Positions 9,080 to 21,315 of a stretch of DNA of 64,000 bases are shown here, piece by piece. This DNA comes from Nitrospirota bacterium (lineage in GTDB: Bacteria; Nitrospirota; UBA9217). The stretch spans positions 160,001-224,000 of the forward strand of contig CAWFSF010000002.1 in the NCBI GenBank assembly GCA_963818475.1. The letters run 5' to 3'. The notes below the pieces were generated by a model. The model did not search any database. It saw only the letters and a list, made by a program, of their open reading frames with translations, and was not told where the DNA came from. Within the stretch, counting starts at the first letter, position 1; the number at the start of each line of letters is the position of its first letter. Position numbers and translations under genes: made by a program.

Positions 9080-11040
9080 TGCTTTTCCCCGATATGGCAT
9101 GCCTCACAGGACCGTGCCGCAAAGGGCGGGTGCATCACTTCCTTGAAGAATTTGGGGTCCTTGGACATATGGGGATCATGGCAACGCCTGCAATTCATCT
9201 GCTTCGCGTCGATCCCAATGTGGGCCTTCGCGAACGATGGACGGGTAAAATCGTGACAGTTGCCGCACAGATCCGGAACCGGCTGAGAGACCAGAGAAGC
9301 CTGGGGCGAGAAATGGGGCATATGGCACGTCAGACAGTTCCCTTCTACCGGAGAATGCACGTTTTCCTTTGCCATCCGTTCCTTCATGTCCTTATGGCAG
9401 GTCAGGCAGAGGTCCGGGCTCGATGCGAGCAGAAGGCTTTTCAACTTCGACTTGTGCGGGCTGTGGCACTTCGAGCACTCACCGTTCGTGACCGGGGTAT
9501 GCCTGCTCTTGCCGTCCTGGACGGCCTTCTTCAGGTCAGGGTGGCAGGTAAAGCAGATCTCCTCCTGTTTTTTCACGATCATCCCCTTGATATTGCTTCC
9601 ATGGGCATCGTGGCACGTGAGGCAATCGCCCCCGGTGAACGGTATATGGTTGGTCCCTCCAACTTCCTCTTTCATGAATTCTCCGTGGCACTGCTTGCAG
9701 AGATCGGAACCCGAGGCTTTCAGGATCCTCGGGATGTCGGAACCGTGGGGATTGTGGCATGCGTTGCACTGGGCATTTACCACCGGCTGATGGACATAGT
9801 TCCTTGCAAATCCAATTTCCGCGTCTGAATGACAGGAGTAGCAGACCTTGTCCATCCTGTCTTTCATCATATTCTGGAAATTCGAGCCGTGGGGATTATG
9901 ACAGGAGGAACACATCTCCGCGTCGAACGGCATATGGGCATTCTTGCTTTTCTTTGCGTCTTTCGTCTTTGCATGGCAGGAAAAACAAAGCTCGCCGTCC
10001 TTTGCCCGAAGCATTTTCTGGTTCTTGGCGGCATGGGGGGCATGGCAGGACAGGCAGCCGTTTCCGGTGGTAACTGCGGCATGGGAGACAGCGGTCTTTT
10101 CGCCCTTGTCGGGATGGCAGCTGAAACACAGCTTGTTGCCGGCATCGGCGAGAAGCTTCATGTTCTCCGAATCATGGGGGTTGTGGCAGGAAAGACACAT
10201 GCCGCCCTGGAAAGGCGCGTGCACGATCTCGCCGCCGGCCTTGAGCCCGGCCTGATCATGGCATTGATAACAAAGCTCCCCTCCGCTCAGGATGGTGCCG
10301 AACGGCTTATCGGATGTTGCGGGATTGTGGCACATGTTGCAGGCAGCGGAAACGAGAGGATTGTGAGCGCTTGTCTTGAGGAGCTTGGCCTGCGCTGAGG
10401 AGTGGGGATTATGACATTTTGTACAGGTCCTGTCCTTGACAGGATACCCGCCGTGCGCTTTTTTGAAAGAAGAATTCTCGCTGTCATGACACGTCATGCA
10501 CAGGGTGGCGGCTGGATTTCGCAGCAGATTGACTTCGTCTGAACCATGCGAAAAATGGCACCCTTTGCAGCCGTCGGTCTGAAGTGGCTTATGTACCACT
10601 TTCTTTTCGAACTGCTCCTTCGCGTGGCACTGATAACAAAGATCGCTCCCTTCGGATTTAAGCAGGTGATCCGACTGAGATGCGTGCGGGTTATGGCAGA
10701 GAGAACATTGCCCATTTTTCAGCGCTGTGTGAACATGAGCCTTGTCGGCCCCGATCTTCTCCTTGCTGTGACAGGCATAGCAGGTTTGATTCCCGATATC
10801 CTTCAGAATGAGCTTGGGGATGATGCCGTGGCGGAGATGGCAATCCTCGCATTTTTTTTCTTTGACGACAACGTGCACATTTTTCATCGAAAAATATTTT
10901 TGCTCGAATTTAGTATGGCAGTCTAAACACTCTTTCCGCTGAAACGTCTGCATTCTTATCTGCGGCTCGCATGCCATCAGAACGAGAGTTCCTGCCAGAA
11001 CAAGCAGCAGCGTCTGTATGAAATATTTTTTATTTTTCAT
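9076..11040 (-). CDS. 26-heme lipoprotein cytochrome c
   Basis: 26 CXXCH motifs counted with CxxCHxPHxS repeats; lipobox LMA-C after MKNKKY. Confidence 0.93.
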   Translation of the reverse strand: MKNKKYFIQTLLLVLAGTLVLMACEPQIRMQTFQRKECLDCHTKFEQKYFSMKNVHVVVKEKKCEDCHLRHGIIPKLILKDIGNQTCYACHSKEKIGADKAHVHTALKNGQCSLCHNPHASQSDHLLKSEGSDLCYQCHAKEQFEKKVVHKPLQTDGCKGCHFSHGSDEVNLLRNPAATLCMTCHDSENSSFKKAHGGYPVKDRTCTKCHNPHSSAQAKLLKTSAHNPLVSAACNMCHNPATSDKPFGTILSGGELCYQCHDQAGLKAGGEIVHAPFQGGMCLSCHNPHDSENMKLLADAGNKLCFSCHPDKGEKTAVSHAAVTTGNGCLSCHAPHAAKNQKMLRAKDGELCFSCHAKTKDAKKSKNAHMPFDAEMCSSCHNPHGSNFQNMMKDRMDKVCYSCHSDAEIGFARNYVHQPVVNAQCNACHNPHGSDIPRILKASGSDLCKQCHGEFMKEEVGGTNHIPFTGGDCLTCHDAHGSNIKGMIVKKQEEICFTCHPDLKKAVQDGKSRHTPVTNGECSKCHSPHKSKLKSLLLASSPDLCLTCHKDMKERMAKENVHSPVEGNCLTCHMPHFSPQASLVSQPVPDLCGNCHDFTRPSFAKAHIGIDAKQMNCRRCHDPHMSKDPKFFKEVMHPPFAARSCEACHIGEKQ

Positions 11041-11074
11041 GGGTAGTATCATAGTGAAGTATAGACTGTAATTG

Positions 11075-12775
11075 CTATATGTCAATCCCTTCTATATAGA
11101 CCCTGATATCCGCTCCTGCTCTGAGTTTATCGGCCCAACCCTCCACTCCCTGCTTAATGCGTTCATCGAACAATTGTTTCGCTATCGGAGCCCTGACCGA
11201 CACATAGTCCTGGGTCTGCGATGGGTATACGGCCACTACGGAGATAATGTAAAAATAGCCTTCAGGCCCTGCATAAAGCCTCGAATCTCCCGAACTCACA
11301 CCCGAAAGCGTTGTCTTGAGGTCGTCCGGCAATTCCGGGGTGGTGAAAACATTCCCCGCTAATTTCATAAGGTCTTCAGCATCCTTCTCGACCTGTCCCT
11401 GGGCATGTTCCTTTAACCAGGAAAGCTGGTCTCCGTTTTTGAGTTTCCGCAAAGCCGTTTCCGCACCGCTCCTCTTTTTAAAAGCAATGCTGTCCAGCCT
11501 CATCAGCTCGGATGTAGTATATTCCGCGAAATGCTGTGTGTAATATGCTTTAACTTCGGATTCCATTACGTTTATTTCCGGGAGAACGACCTTCTCAACG
11601 AACACACCGAAGACAACGGAGTTCTCATAATTCTTGACCACCTTTTGATACGAAGCAGCCTTCTTAATATCTTCGACAGCAGCCTCCTTCAAAAGCACTC
11701 TTTTTTCGAGCACCTCGTCAAGAACCATGTGTTTTTTCTCATTCAAGTTCGTTTTTCCGATCGCCCGGTCGATGCCATGAAAGTATTTCTGTCGCAACTC
11801 GTCAGTCAGATCAGACACTTTTACCGGGTCTTCCCCTGCTATTTCAGCGACGACACGCTCGTCTGTCATAAGTTTCTCGAACTTCTCCGGCGAAGACCCG
11901 TAATCAAGACCGTCGAAAACCTCTTTATTGATCTTTACATACTTATTTTTTAAGGACTCGATAAATTCCTGCCTTGCCACGCTCTTCTGCTGCTGCAGTG
12001 CTTCCGTTATTGCCGATTCTTTTTTCTCCGGGGATTCCTCGCGGCGGGCATCGTCCAGTTTTACGAGCGCAAACCCCGCAGGGATATTGATAATCTGGCT
12101 GACCGAGCCTGTCGTCATTGTCAAAAGCGCCTCGCTCAGCCCAGGGAGGATCTCGTCGTTTTTTAAATATCCTTCAGCCTTCCCTCCCTTTGCCTTCCCT
12201 GCGGCAATCGCCTTTTCTGCAAGCTCTTCAAAATTCTTGCCTGTTCTGAGTTCCGCCTCCATCTTCCGCGCGTCATCTTCCTTGGCAAACATGACCGATG
12301 CAAATTTCCATTCCATTATGTTCCTTTTGTAGAGTTTATCAACCATGGCATCATCAGGCTTTATACCCTTTTCATGCTCCTTGATCAGGGCTGTTCTGAG
12401 AGTCTCTCTGGAGTAGCCCTCTACCGATCCTTTGACTTCCGGCAGTTCGTTCAGCCCGATATTTTTTGCTTCCTGCAGAATAAGCCTCGTGTTAACCAAA
12501 CGCTTTACGAGGCCGGCATAATCCACCTTTCCCGGCGTCTTCCCCCCGGCCTTCTGCTCACCGGCTCTTTCCTCTTCAGACATGATGCTGAAGTGCATCG
12601 CTGAAATTTCCTGTTCATATTCTTCCCGGGAGATCGGCTCGCCATTGACGAGCGCCACAGCTTCTTTCCCTTCAAAAAGGGGAAGTTTCGCTGTTGATGT
12701 TGATACACACGCCGTTGTTCCCGTCATCAACACGGCCGCCAAAACAATGACCAAAAGTGCTGGGATTCGTCTCAT
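11075..12775 (-). CDS. SurA/PrsA-like peptidyl-prolyl isomerase chaperone (lipoprotein)
   Basis: VALVNGEPISREE N-domain, two parvulin-like regions (GKNFEELA), TAC lipobox; AAGGAG RBS before 12775. Confidence 0.8.
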   Translation of the reverse strand: MRRIPALLVIVLAAVLMTGTTACVSTSTAKLPLFEGKEAVALVNGEPISREEYEQEISAMHFSIMSEEERAGEQKAGGKTPGKVDYAGLVKRLVNTRLILQEAKNIGLNELPEVKGSVEGYSRETLRTALIKEHEKGIKPDDAMVDKLYKRNIMEWKFASVMFAKEDDARKMEAELRTGKNFEELAEKAIAAGKAKGGKAEGYLKNDEILPGLSEALLTMTTGSVSQIINIPAGFALVKLDDARREESPEKKESAITEALQQQKSVARQEFIESLKNKYVKINKEVFDGLDYGSSPEKFEKLMTDERVVAEIAGEDPVKVSDLTDELRQKYFHGIDRAIGKTNLNEKKHMVLDEVLEKRVLLKEAAVEDIKKAASYQKVVKNYENSVVFGVFVEKVVLPEINVMESEVKAYYTQHFAEYTTSELMRLDSIAFKKRSGAETALRKLKNGDQLSWLKEHAQGQVEKDAEDLMKLAGNVFTTPELPDDLKTTLSGVSSGDSRLYAGPEGYFYIISVVAVYPSQTQDYVSVRAPIAKQLFDERIKQGVEGWADKLRAGADIRVYIEGIDI

Positions 12776-12866
12776 GGTAACTCCTTTGTAATTGCAGTCA
12801 TGGCTGATGCAGATTTTCTTTAGACAATTCTTTAGACAAGAGCTTGATATACTAAAGTCATAAGAT

Positions 12867-12882
12867 AGCAATTAATGTACCA
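12867..12882 (-). promoter_or_regulatory. Sigma54 (-24/-12) promoter
   Basis: TGGTAC-ATTAA-TTGCT on the minus strand ~90 bp upstream of the PPIase-cytochrome genes. Confidence 0.75.
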
Positions 12883-13074
12883 TTTGCGGCTTCCTCTTAA
12901 ATAAACCCACAACTGATTAATTTTAAAGAAATATCGACACTGGTATGATTATCATCGAAGTATATTAACGGGATATGCCCGGTAAAATGACCACATTTTC
13001 GCCGTCATTTTACCAGACGGGAGCTGAGGATCTGATCTGATCAATATGTCCCATACCATGCTTCCGAGTTAATT

Positions 13075-16000
13075 TTATTTCTGTTTAGCCATTTTTTCAA
13101 CGGCACGTGCCATTTCAGCCGCCAGTGCATGGGCGGTATTGATGCGGCCCCAGTCAAACAAGTAAACAGCATCATCTCCTTCATTGCGACTGCTGGATGA
13201 CCATACCACCTCACGAGTATTCCTGTTGATAAGCAGCAGAGAAAACCCAACCTTTGGCTTGCCAAAAACCCCAGTATGGTCTTGATAATCCAGAACTTTT
13301 CCGCTAAGAATAAGATCAGCTTTCAGTTCGTCTGCAATAAGATCGGCATCAGTGAGGGATATCCCGTCGTACATAATTATCCTGTAATCGAGTAATTTTT
13401 CTTTTATAAGGCCGGGTTCAATGACGCTGAAATGTTTTCCGTTAAAAAGCTCCCGCAAAAAATGCTGCGCCATGATCTCTCCTGCATATTTTCTGTCAGT
13501 GCTATTCGTAAAAGGCATTATTGCAATTCGACGCGGAGCATCATCGTCAATCACCGTAACGGTATGCGACCCGACCTCCCCCGGGGTCGCGTTCACCGAA
13601 GTTCCCAGGGTCGCCACGATCGTCTTATTGTCCTCTTGCAGCGTATTGTTCATGAGGACACTACTGACGCCGGCCGTGGTCGCGCCTGCCTTGATGGTCA
13701 CGGGGTTCGGGGTCATGACCCGGTAGTGCTTCCCGTCAACAGCGGTCCCGCTCACGGTAAAGGGCACGACCACGTCCTTGCCCGATGCGCTGGAGAGCTG
13801 CATGGTCACGGTTGCCGACCCGCCGTTCTCCTGCACGTCCTGTCCCGCCGAGGTGAAGGTGATCGCGGGCGCGGGGTCGTTGTCGATGATCGTACAGGTA
13901 TGGACCGTCTGTTTGCCCAGGACGGCGTTGACGGGGTTTATGAGCGTCGCTTCGATGGTCTCACTGTCTTCGTGGAGGTTGTCGTCGATGATCCCGAGGT
14001 CGATGCTCTTGGCAGTCTCACCGGGCTCGAAAGCGAGGGTGGTGGTTTTCAGGGTATGGTCCCTGCCGGTCTCTGCCGTGCCGCCGGTGACGGCGTATTC
14101 CACGGTCGCTGGTTTGCCGCTGGCCGCGCTTAATGATACTTCGATCTTCGCAGGGCTCTTTCCTTCAGCTTCCTGGGAGCCCTGCAGCATAAAGGAGACA
14201 AGGGGCGCCGGGTCGTTGTCCGTGACGGTTACGGTATGGACCGGGCGTTCGCCCAAAGCTGCATTTTCCGGTTTCCCCAGGGCCACGACGGTCGTCTTGC
14301 TGTCTTCGTAGAGGTTGTTGTCCAGCAGGGCAAGGGTGATGCCGGCCGTGGTCGCGCCTGCCTTGATGGTCACGGGGTTCGGGGTCATGACCCGGTAGTG
14401 CTTCCCGTCAACAGCGGTCCCGCTCACGGTAAAGGGCACGATCACGTCCTTGCCCGATGCGCTGGAGAGCTGCATGGTCACGGTTGCCGACCCGCCGTTC
14501 TCCTGCACGTCCTGTCCCGCCGAGGTGAAGGTGATCGCGGGCGCGGGGTCGTTGTCGATGATCGTATAGGTATGGACCGTCTGTTTGCCCAGGACGGCGT
14601 TGACGGGGTTTATGAGCGTCGCTTCGATGGTCTCGCTGTCTTCGTGGAGGTTGTCGTCGATGATCCCGAGGTCGATGCTCTTGGCAGTCTCACCGGGCTC
14701 GAAAGCGAGGGTGGTGGTTTTCAGGGTATGGTCCCTGCCGGTCTCTGCCGTGCCGCCGGTGACGGCGTATTCCACGGTCGCTGGTTTGCCGCTGGCCGCG
14801 CTTAATGATACTTCGATCTTCGCAGGGCCCTTTCCTTCAGCTTCCTGGGAGCCCTGCAGCACGAAGGAGACAAGGGGCGCCGGGTCGTTGTCCGTGACGG
14901 TTACGGTATGGACCGGGCGTTCGCCTAAAGCTGCATTTTCCGGCGTCCCCAGGGCCACGACGGTCGTCTTGCTGTCTTCGTAGAGGTTGTTGTCCAGCAG
15001 GGCAAGGGTGATGCCGGCCGTGGTCGCGCCTGCCTTGATGGTCACGGGGTTCGGGGTCATGACCCGGTAGTGCTTCCCGTCAACAGCGGTCCCGCTCACG
15101 GTAAAGGGCACGACCACGTCCTTGCCCGATGCGCTGGAGAGCTGCATGGTCACGGTTGCCGACCCGCCGTTCTCCTGCACGTCCTGTCCTGCCGAGGTGA
15201 AGGTGATCGTGGGCGCGGGGTCGTTGTCGATGATCGTACAGGTATGGACCGTCTGTTTGCCCAGGACGGCGTTGACGGGGTTTACGAGCGTCGCTTCGAT
15301 GGTCTCACTGTCTTCGTGGAGGTTGTCGTCGATGATCCCGAGGTCGATGCTCTTGGCAGTCTCACCGGGCTCGAAAGCGAGGGTGGTGGTTTTCAGGGTA
15401 TGGTCCCTGCCGGTCTCTGCCGTGCCGCCGGTGACGGCGTATTCCACGGTCGCTGGTTTGCCGCTGGCCGCGCTTAATGATACTTCGATCTTCGCAGGGC
15501 TCTTTCCTTCAGCTTCCTGGGAGCCCTGCAGCACGAAGGAGACAAGGGGCGCCGGGTCGTTGTCCGTGACGGTTACGGTATGGACCGGGCGTTCGCCCAA
15601 AGCTGCATTTTCCGGTTTCCCCAGGGTCACGACCGCTGTTTCTGTGTTCTCGGAGAGATGATCGTCCTTCGGCTTGATAATGATCGTTCCGCTTGTTTCG
15701 CCTGCCTTGATGAAGAGCGGGGCCGGCGTGATGCTGTAATCGGCACCTTCTTGCGCGGTCCCGCTCACGGTAAAGGGCACGACCACGTCCTTGCCCGATG
15801 CGCTGGAGAGCTGCATGGTCACTGTTGCCGACCCGCCGTTCTCCTGCACGTCCTGTCCCGCCGAGGTGAAGGTGATCGCGGGCGCGGGGTCGTTGTCGAT
15901 GATCGTATAGGTATGGACCGTCTGTTTGCCCAGGACGGCGTTGACGGGGTTCGAGAGCGTCACCTCGATGGTTTTGTTATCATTATATTTCCTGTCGTCG

Positions 16001-19000
16001 ATGATCCTTATATTGATAGTCTTAAATGTCTCGCCTGGGTTAAAGACCACAACGCCGTTCTTCAGCGTGTAATCCCTGTCGCTTGCAGCGCTGCCTCCCG
16101 TGACCGCGTACTCGACCGCGACTTTCTTCCTGCTGGCCAAGCTCAACGAGAGGGATATCTTTGCAGGGTTTTTTCTCTCATAACCTTCAGATCCCGCCAT
16201 GGAGAAGTTTACCGCAGGTTCAGGTTCTTCCATTAAATTTACGTTCGATGGGGTGTTGGTCTTTTTTGCAATCACCCTGTGGCGATGCACAATAAGGCTG
16301 CCCAGGACCGCGTTGACAGGGTTCGAGAGCGTTACCTCGATGGTCCTGTCATTGCCGTACATCCTGTCATCGAAGCCCCCGATGTCGATGACCTTGGACC
16401 TCTCCCCGGGGTCGAAGACAAGCATGCCTTTTTTCAGGGTATCGTCCCGGCCGTTTGCTGCAGTGCCGCCGCCCCTGACCGCATACTCCACCGTGGACCT
16501 CCTGCCGCTCGCCGCGCTCAACGACACTTCGATCTTCGCAGATCTCGCGCCTTCATCTTCTGTGGAGTCCTTCAAGCCAAAGCCGACGGCAGGCGGAGGA
16601 TCGCTTTCTACAACGGTCACCCGGTGCACGGCGCGCGCGCCCGGCGTCGCATTTACCGCCGTCCCTATCGACACCGATATCACGTTGTTATTTTCGTACA
16701 GCTTATTATCTACGAGAACTACGGTGATAATGCCGGTCCTTTCCCCGGCCCTGATGATCAAGGGGTTCGGGGTGCTGACCCGATAGTTCTTCCCGTCAAC
16801 CGCTGTCCCGCTCACGGTAAAGGGCACGAGCACGTCCTTCCCTGAGATTGCAGAGAGCTTTACGGTTACGGCCACCTCTCCGCTGTCCTCTCTGACCTCC
16901 TGTGCCTGCAAAGCGAAGGTCACGGATGGGGTCGGGTCGTTCTCGACAATGGTATAGGTATGGACCGTCTGTTTGCCCAGGACCGCGTTGACCGGGTTCG
17001 CGAGCGTCACTTCGATCGTCTCGCTGTCTTCGTGGAGATTGTCATCAATGATCCCGATGTCGATGTTCTTGGCAGTCTCGCCGGGCTTGAAGTCGAGCGT
17101 GCCGTTTTTCAGGGCATAATCCCTGCCGCTTACAGCCGTGCCGCCCGTGACCGCGTACTCCACCCTGATATTTTTACTGCTCACTGTGCTTAACGATGCG
17201 GTAAGACGAGCGCGCCCAACCGATTCCTTTCCACGGGAAACGGTTGCAGCAAACGAAACGGCAGGGGGGACGTCGTTTTCAATAATGGTATAGGTATGGA
17301 CCGACTGTTTGCCAAGGACCGTGTTAACAGGGTTCGCCAGCGTCACTTCGATGGTCTCGCTGTCTTCGTGGAGGTTGTCGTCGATGATCCCGAGGTCGAT
17401 GCTCTTGGCAGTCTCACCGGGCTCGAAGAGCGAGCGTGCCGTTTCTTTGGGCATAGTCGCTGCTGTTCGCTGCGGTGCCGCCCGTTACCGCATACTGTAC
17501 CGTGGTCCTTCTGCCGACTACTGAGCTCAGCGCGACGTCGAGCCTCGCAGGTGTTACACCTTCATCTCCACCGGATTCCTTCATCGAGAAGGCTACAACG
17601 GGAGGCGGACTGCTCTCAAAAATGGTCAGGCGGTGCACCGGGCGTTCGCCCAAAGCTGCATTTTCCGGTTTCCCCAGGGCCACGACGGTCGTCTTGCTGT
17701 CTTCGTAGAGGTTGTTGTCCAGCAGGGCAAGGGTGATGCCGGCCGTGGTCGCGCCTGCCTTGATGGTCACGGGGTTCGGGGTCATGACCCGGTAGTGCTT
17801 CCCGTCAACAGCGGTCCCGCTCACGGTAAAGGGCACGATCACGTCCTTGCCCGATGCGCTGGAGAGCTGCATGGTCACGGTTGCCGACCCGTCGTTCTCC
17901 TGCACGTCCTGTCCCGCCGAGGTGAAGGTGATCGCAGGCGCGGGGTCGTTGTCGATGATCGTATAGGTATGGACCGTCTGTTTGCCCAGGACGGCGTTGA
18001 CGGGGTTTACGAGCGTCGCTTCGATGGTCTCGCTGTCTTCGTGGAGGTTGTCGTCGATGATCCCGAGGTCGATGCTCTTGGCAGTCTCACCGGGCTCGAA
18101 AGCGAGGGTGGTGGTTTTCAGGGTATGGTCCCTGCCGGTCTCTGCCGTGCCGCCGGTGACGGCGTATTCCACGGTCGCTGGTTTGCCGCTGGCCGCGCTT
18201 AATGATACTTCGATCTTCGCAGGGCTCTTTCCTTCAGCTTCCTGGGAGCCCTGCAGCATAAAGGAGACAAGGGGCGCCGGGTCGTTGTCCGTGACGGTTA
18301 CGGTATGGACCGGGCGTTCTCCCAACGCTGCATTTTCCGGTTTCCCCAGGGCCACGACGGTCGTCTTGCTGTCTTCGTAGAGGTTGTTGTCCAGCAGGGC
18401 AAGGGTGATGCCGGCCGTGGTCGCGCCTGCCTTGATGGTCACGGGGTTCGGGGTCATGACCCGGTAGTGCTTCCCGTCAACAGCGGTCCCGCTCACGGTA
18501 AAGGGCACGATCACGTCCTTGCCCGATGCGCTGGAGAGCTGCATGGTCACGGTTGCCGACCCGTCGTTCTCCTGCACGTCCTGTCCCGCCGAGGTGAAGG
18601 TGATCGCAGGCGCGGGGTCGTTGTCGATGATCGTATAGGTATGGACCGTCTGTTTGCCCAGGACGGCGTTGACGGGGTTTACGAGCGTCGCTTCGATGGT
18701 CTCGCTGTCTTCGTGGAGGTTGTCGTCGATGATCCCGAGGTCGATGCTCTTGGCAGTCTCACCGGGCTCGAAAGCGAGGGTGGTGGTTTTCAGGGTATGG
18801 TCCCTGCCGGTCTCTGCCGTGCCGCCGGTGACGGCGTATTCCACGGTCGTTGGTTTGCCGCTGGCCGCGCTTAATGATACTTCGATCTTCGCAGGGCTCT
18901 TTCCTTCAGCTTCCTGGGAGTCCTGCAGCATGAAGGAGACAAGGGGCGCCGGGTCGTTGTCCGTGACGGTTACGGTATGGACCGGGCGTTCGCCCAAAGC

Positions 19001-20950
19001 TGCATTTTCCGGTTTCCCCAGGGCCACGACGGTCGTCTTGCTGTCTTCGTAGAGGTTGTTGTCCAGCAGGGCAAGGGTGATGCCGGCCGTGGTCGCGCCT
19101 GCCTTGATGGTCACGGGGTTCGGGGTCATGACCCGGTAGTGCTTCCCGTCAACAGCGGTCCCGCTCACGGTAAAGGGCACGATCACGTCCTTGCCCGATG
19201 CGCTGGAGAGCTGCATGGTCACGGTTGCCGACCCGCCGTTCTCCTGCACGTCCTGTCCCGCCGAGGTGAAGGTGATCGTGGGCGCGGGGTCGTTGTCGAT
19301 GATCGTATAGGTATGGACCGTCTGTTTGCCCAGGACGGCGTTGACGGGGTTTACGAGCGTCGCTTCGATGGTCTCGCTGTCTTCGTGGAGGTTGTCGTCG
19401 ATGATCCCGAGGTCGATGCTCTTGGCAGTCTCACCGGGCTCGAAAGCGAGGGTGGTGGTTTTCAGGGTATGGTCCCTGCCGGTCTCTGCCGTGCCGCCGG
19501 TGACGGCGTATTCCACGGTCGCTGGTTTGCCGCTGGCCGCGCTTAATGATACTTCGATCTTCGCAGGGCTCTTTCCTTCAGCTTCCTGGGAGCCCTGCAG
19601 CACGAAGGAGACAAGGGGCGCCGGGTCGTTGTCCGTGACGGTTACGGTATGGACCGGGCGTTCGCCCAAAGCTGCATTTTCCGGTTTCCCCAGGGTCACG
19701 ACCGCTGTTTCTGTGTTCTCGGAGAGATGATCGTCCTTCGGCTTGATAATGATCGTTCCGCTTGTTTCGCCTGCCTTGATGAAGAGCGGGGCCGGCGTGA
19801 TGCTGTAATCGGCACCTTCTTGCGCGGTCCCGCTCACGGTAAAGGGCACGACCACGTCCTTGCCCGATGCGCTGGAGAGCTGCATGGTCACTGTTGCCGA
19901 CCCGCCGTTCTCCTGCACGTCCTGTCCCGCCGAGGTGAAGGTGATCGCGGGCGCGGGGTCGTTGTCGGTGATCGTATAAGTATGGACCGTCTGTTTGCCC
20001 AGGACGGCGTTGACGGGTTTCGAGAGCGTCACCGCAATGGTCCTGTCGCCGCGGTAGAGCTTATCATCGAGGACCCTGATATCGATTTCTTTGGATAACT
20101 CCCCTGGCCCAAAGATCAGGGTGCCGCTTTTCAGGCTATAGTCCCTGCCGGTCTCTGCCGTGCCGCCGGTGACGGCGTATTCCACCGTTACCTTCCTCGG
20201 ACTGGGCGCGCTCAGCGATACATCGATCTTTGCGGGGGACACGCTTTCCTCCCTGCCCAACCTCCGCAACGCAAAATTAACGACAACTTCCCGAAAGCCG
20301 ACTCCGGTCACCGTTGAAACATAGTCGGCCTTGGGTTTGAATTTTCCGTTGTTCTCGTCATAATCTCTCTCGCGGCCGGAGACGAAGCCCGCCAGAGAAC
20401 CTGCAAGCGCGGCCGTAGCCCTGTCAAGAAGGACTTTCTGATCTTCGATCAGGCCAAGGCCGAGAAGACCCGGCGCATCATCGCCGGCCGAGCCGATGCT
20501 GTCAATCCATACAATTTCGGGGCGCTCTCCGGTTGAGACCAGACGCGCTGAGAGGGCGATCTGCGGAGGGTTGTTGTCGTGGTAAAGTTCGAGAGAGGTA
20601 ATGAGCACACCGGCAACTCCGGCCTCCTCCTTGAACGCGCGGGCCATGTCACTGTTGAGTCCGCCGGTATCGCGCATTCTCCGCCGTTCCATGAACTGCG
20701 CAAGCCCGTCCTCTTCCAGGAGATCGAAGCCCTGGCCCTTCAGTTTTTCCGAGAATGACCGCGCTATTTCATCAAGCGGCGCAGGCGAACTGCTGCGGTT
20801 TTCAATGGGCAAAAGCGCAATCCGGCCTAGCCGGTGGAAACCGGTATCACTTGTCAGCCGCCCGTTCACGGACGCGCACCCCGCAAGAAGCGCCAGACCC
20901 GCACAGAGGACCGTGAGGTGCTTATGCAATGTCTTTCCTGAAAGGTTCAT
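13075..20950 (-). CDS. Giant lipoprotein (~2,620 aa): N-terminal CsgG/GNA1162-like domain, ~20 Calx-beta domains, C-terminal CsgG/GNA1162-like domain; split by one frameshift near 17430
   Basis: Lipobox LLAG-C. Repeats VEYAVTGGTA..LAFEPGETAKSIDLGIIDDNLHEDSETIE..TIIDND. ORFs 17414..20950 and 13075..17454 join in mid-domain when one base is removed from ACGCTCGCTCTTCGAGCCC. Terminal domains begin IALLPIENRS and IAIMPFTNST. Confidence 0.85.
13668..15955. repeat. Near-identical 672-bp tandem repeats (two Calx-beta domains each), block 2
   Basis: Same sequence recurs at a 672-bp period with few substitutions; boundaries approximate. Confidence 0.9.
17637..20030. repeat. Near-identical 672-bp tandem repeats, block 1
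   Basis: Antisense ORFs recur at 17633, 18305, 18977 and 19649; the QEGADY-type unit is shared with block 2 at a 4069-bp offset. Confidence 0.9.
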
Positions 20951-21315
20951 GGCTTTTTCTGTAACGCCCGCCTGTCTCTTTGCTCGTCAAATTATAGGGC
21001 AGCTGCCTGCATGGCCGGAACAGCCTGCGAATCCGTCATTGTCAGGGAAAGGACCTTGTCGGGTGCGTGCTTTGGGGGGTGGCGAAATGTCCCCGGAAAG
21101 AGGATGATTTCACCTTGTCTGCAGCATGTTGTCCGAATAGTCATGCGTGCCGAATCCTGCGGAAACAAAATACGGGCGGCATTTCCCTGCCGCTTCTCTG
21201 GAACAACGGCAAGCTCTTTCCTCGACACGGGAAGGGTCCTTTTCCGCTGTTGACCTTCCCTCAGCAGGCCGGGAAGAGCGTCCGCTAACGGAGAACAGGA
21301 CCGCAGATCGCCTGG

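Noticed and set aside
13668-20030. CRISPR array or DGR template/variable repeats
   Set aside because: The units are 672-bp in-frame coding repeats with no spacers, no cas or reverse transcriptase genes and no adenine-specific variation evident
13421-20098. Repeated plus-strand ORFs in the Calx region
   Set aside because: Antisense shadows of the repetitive GC-rich coding strand
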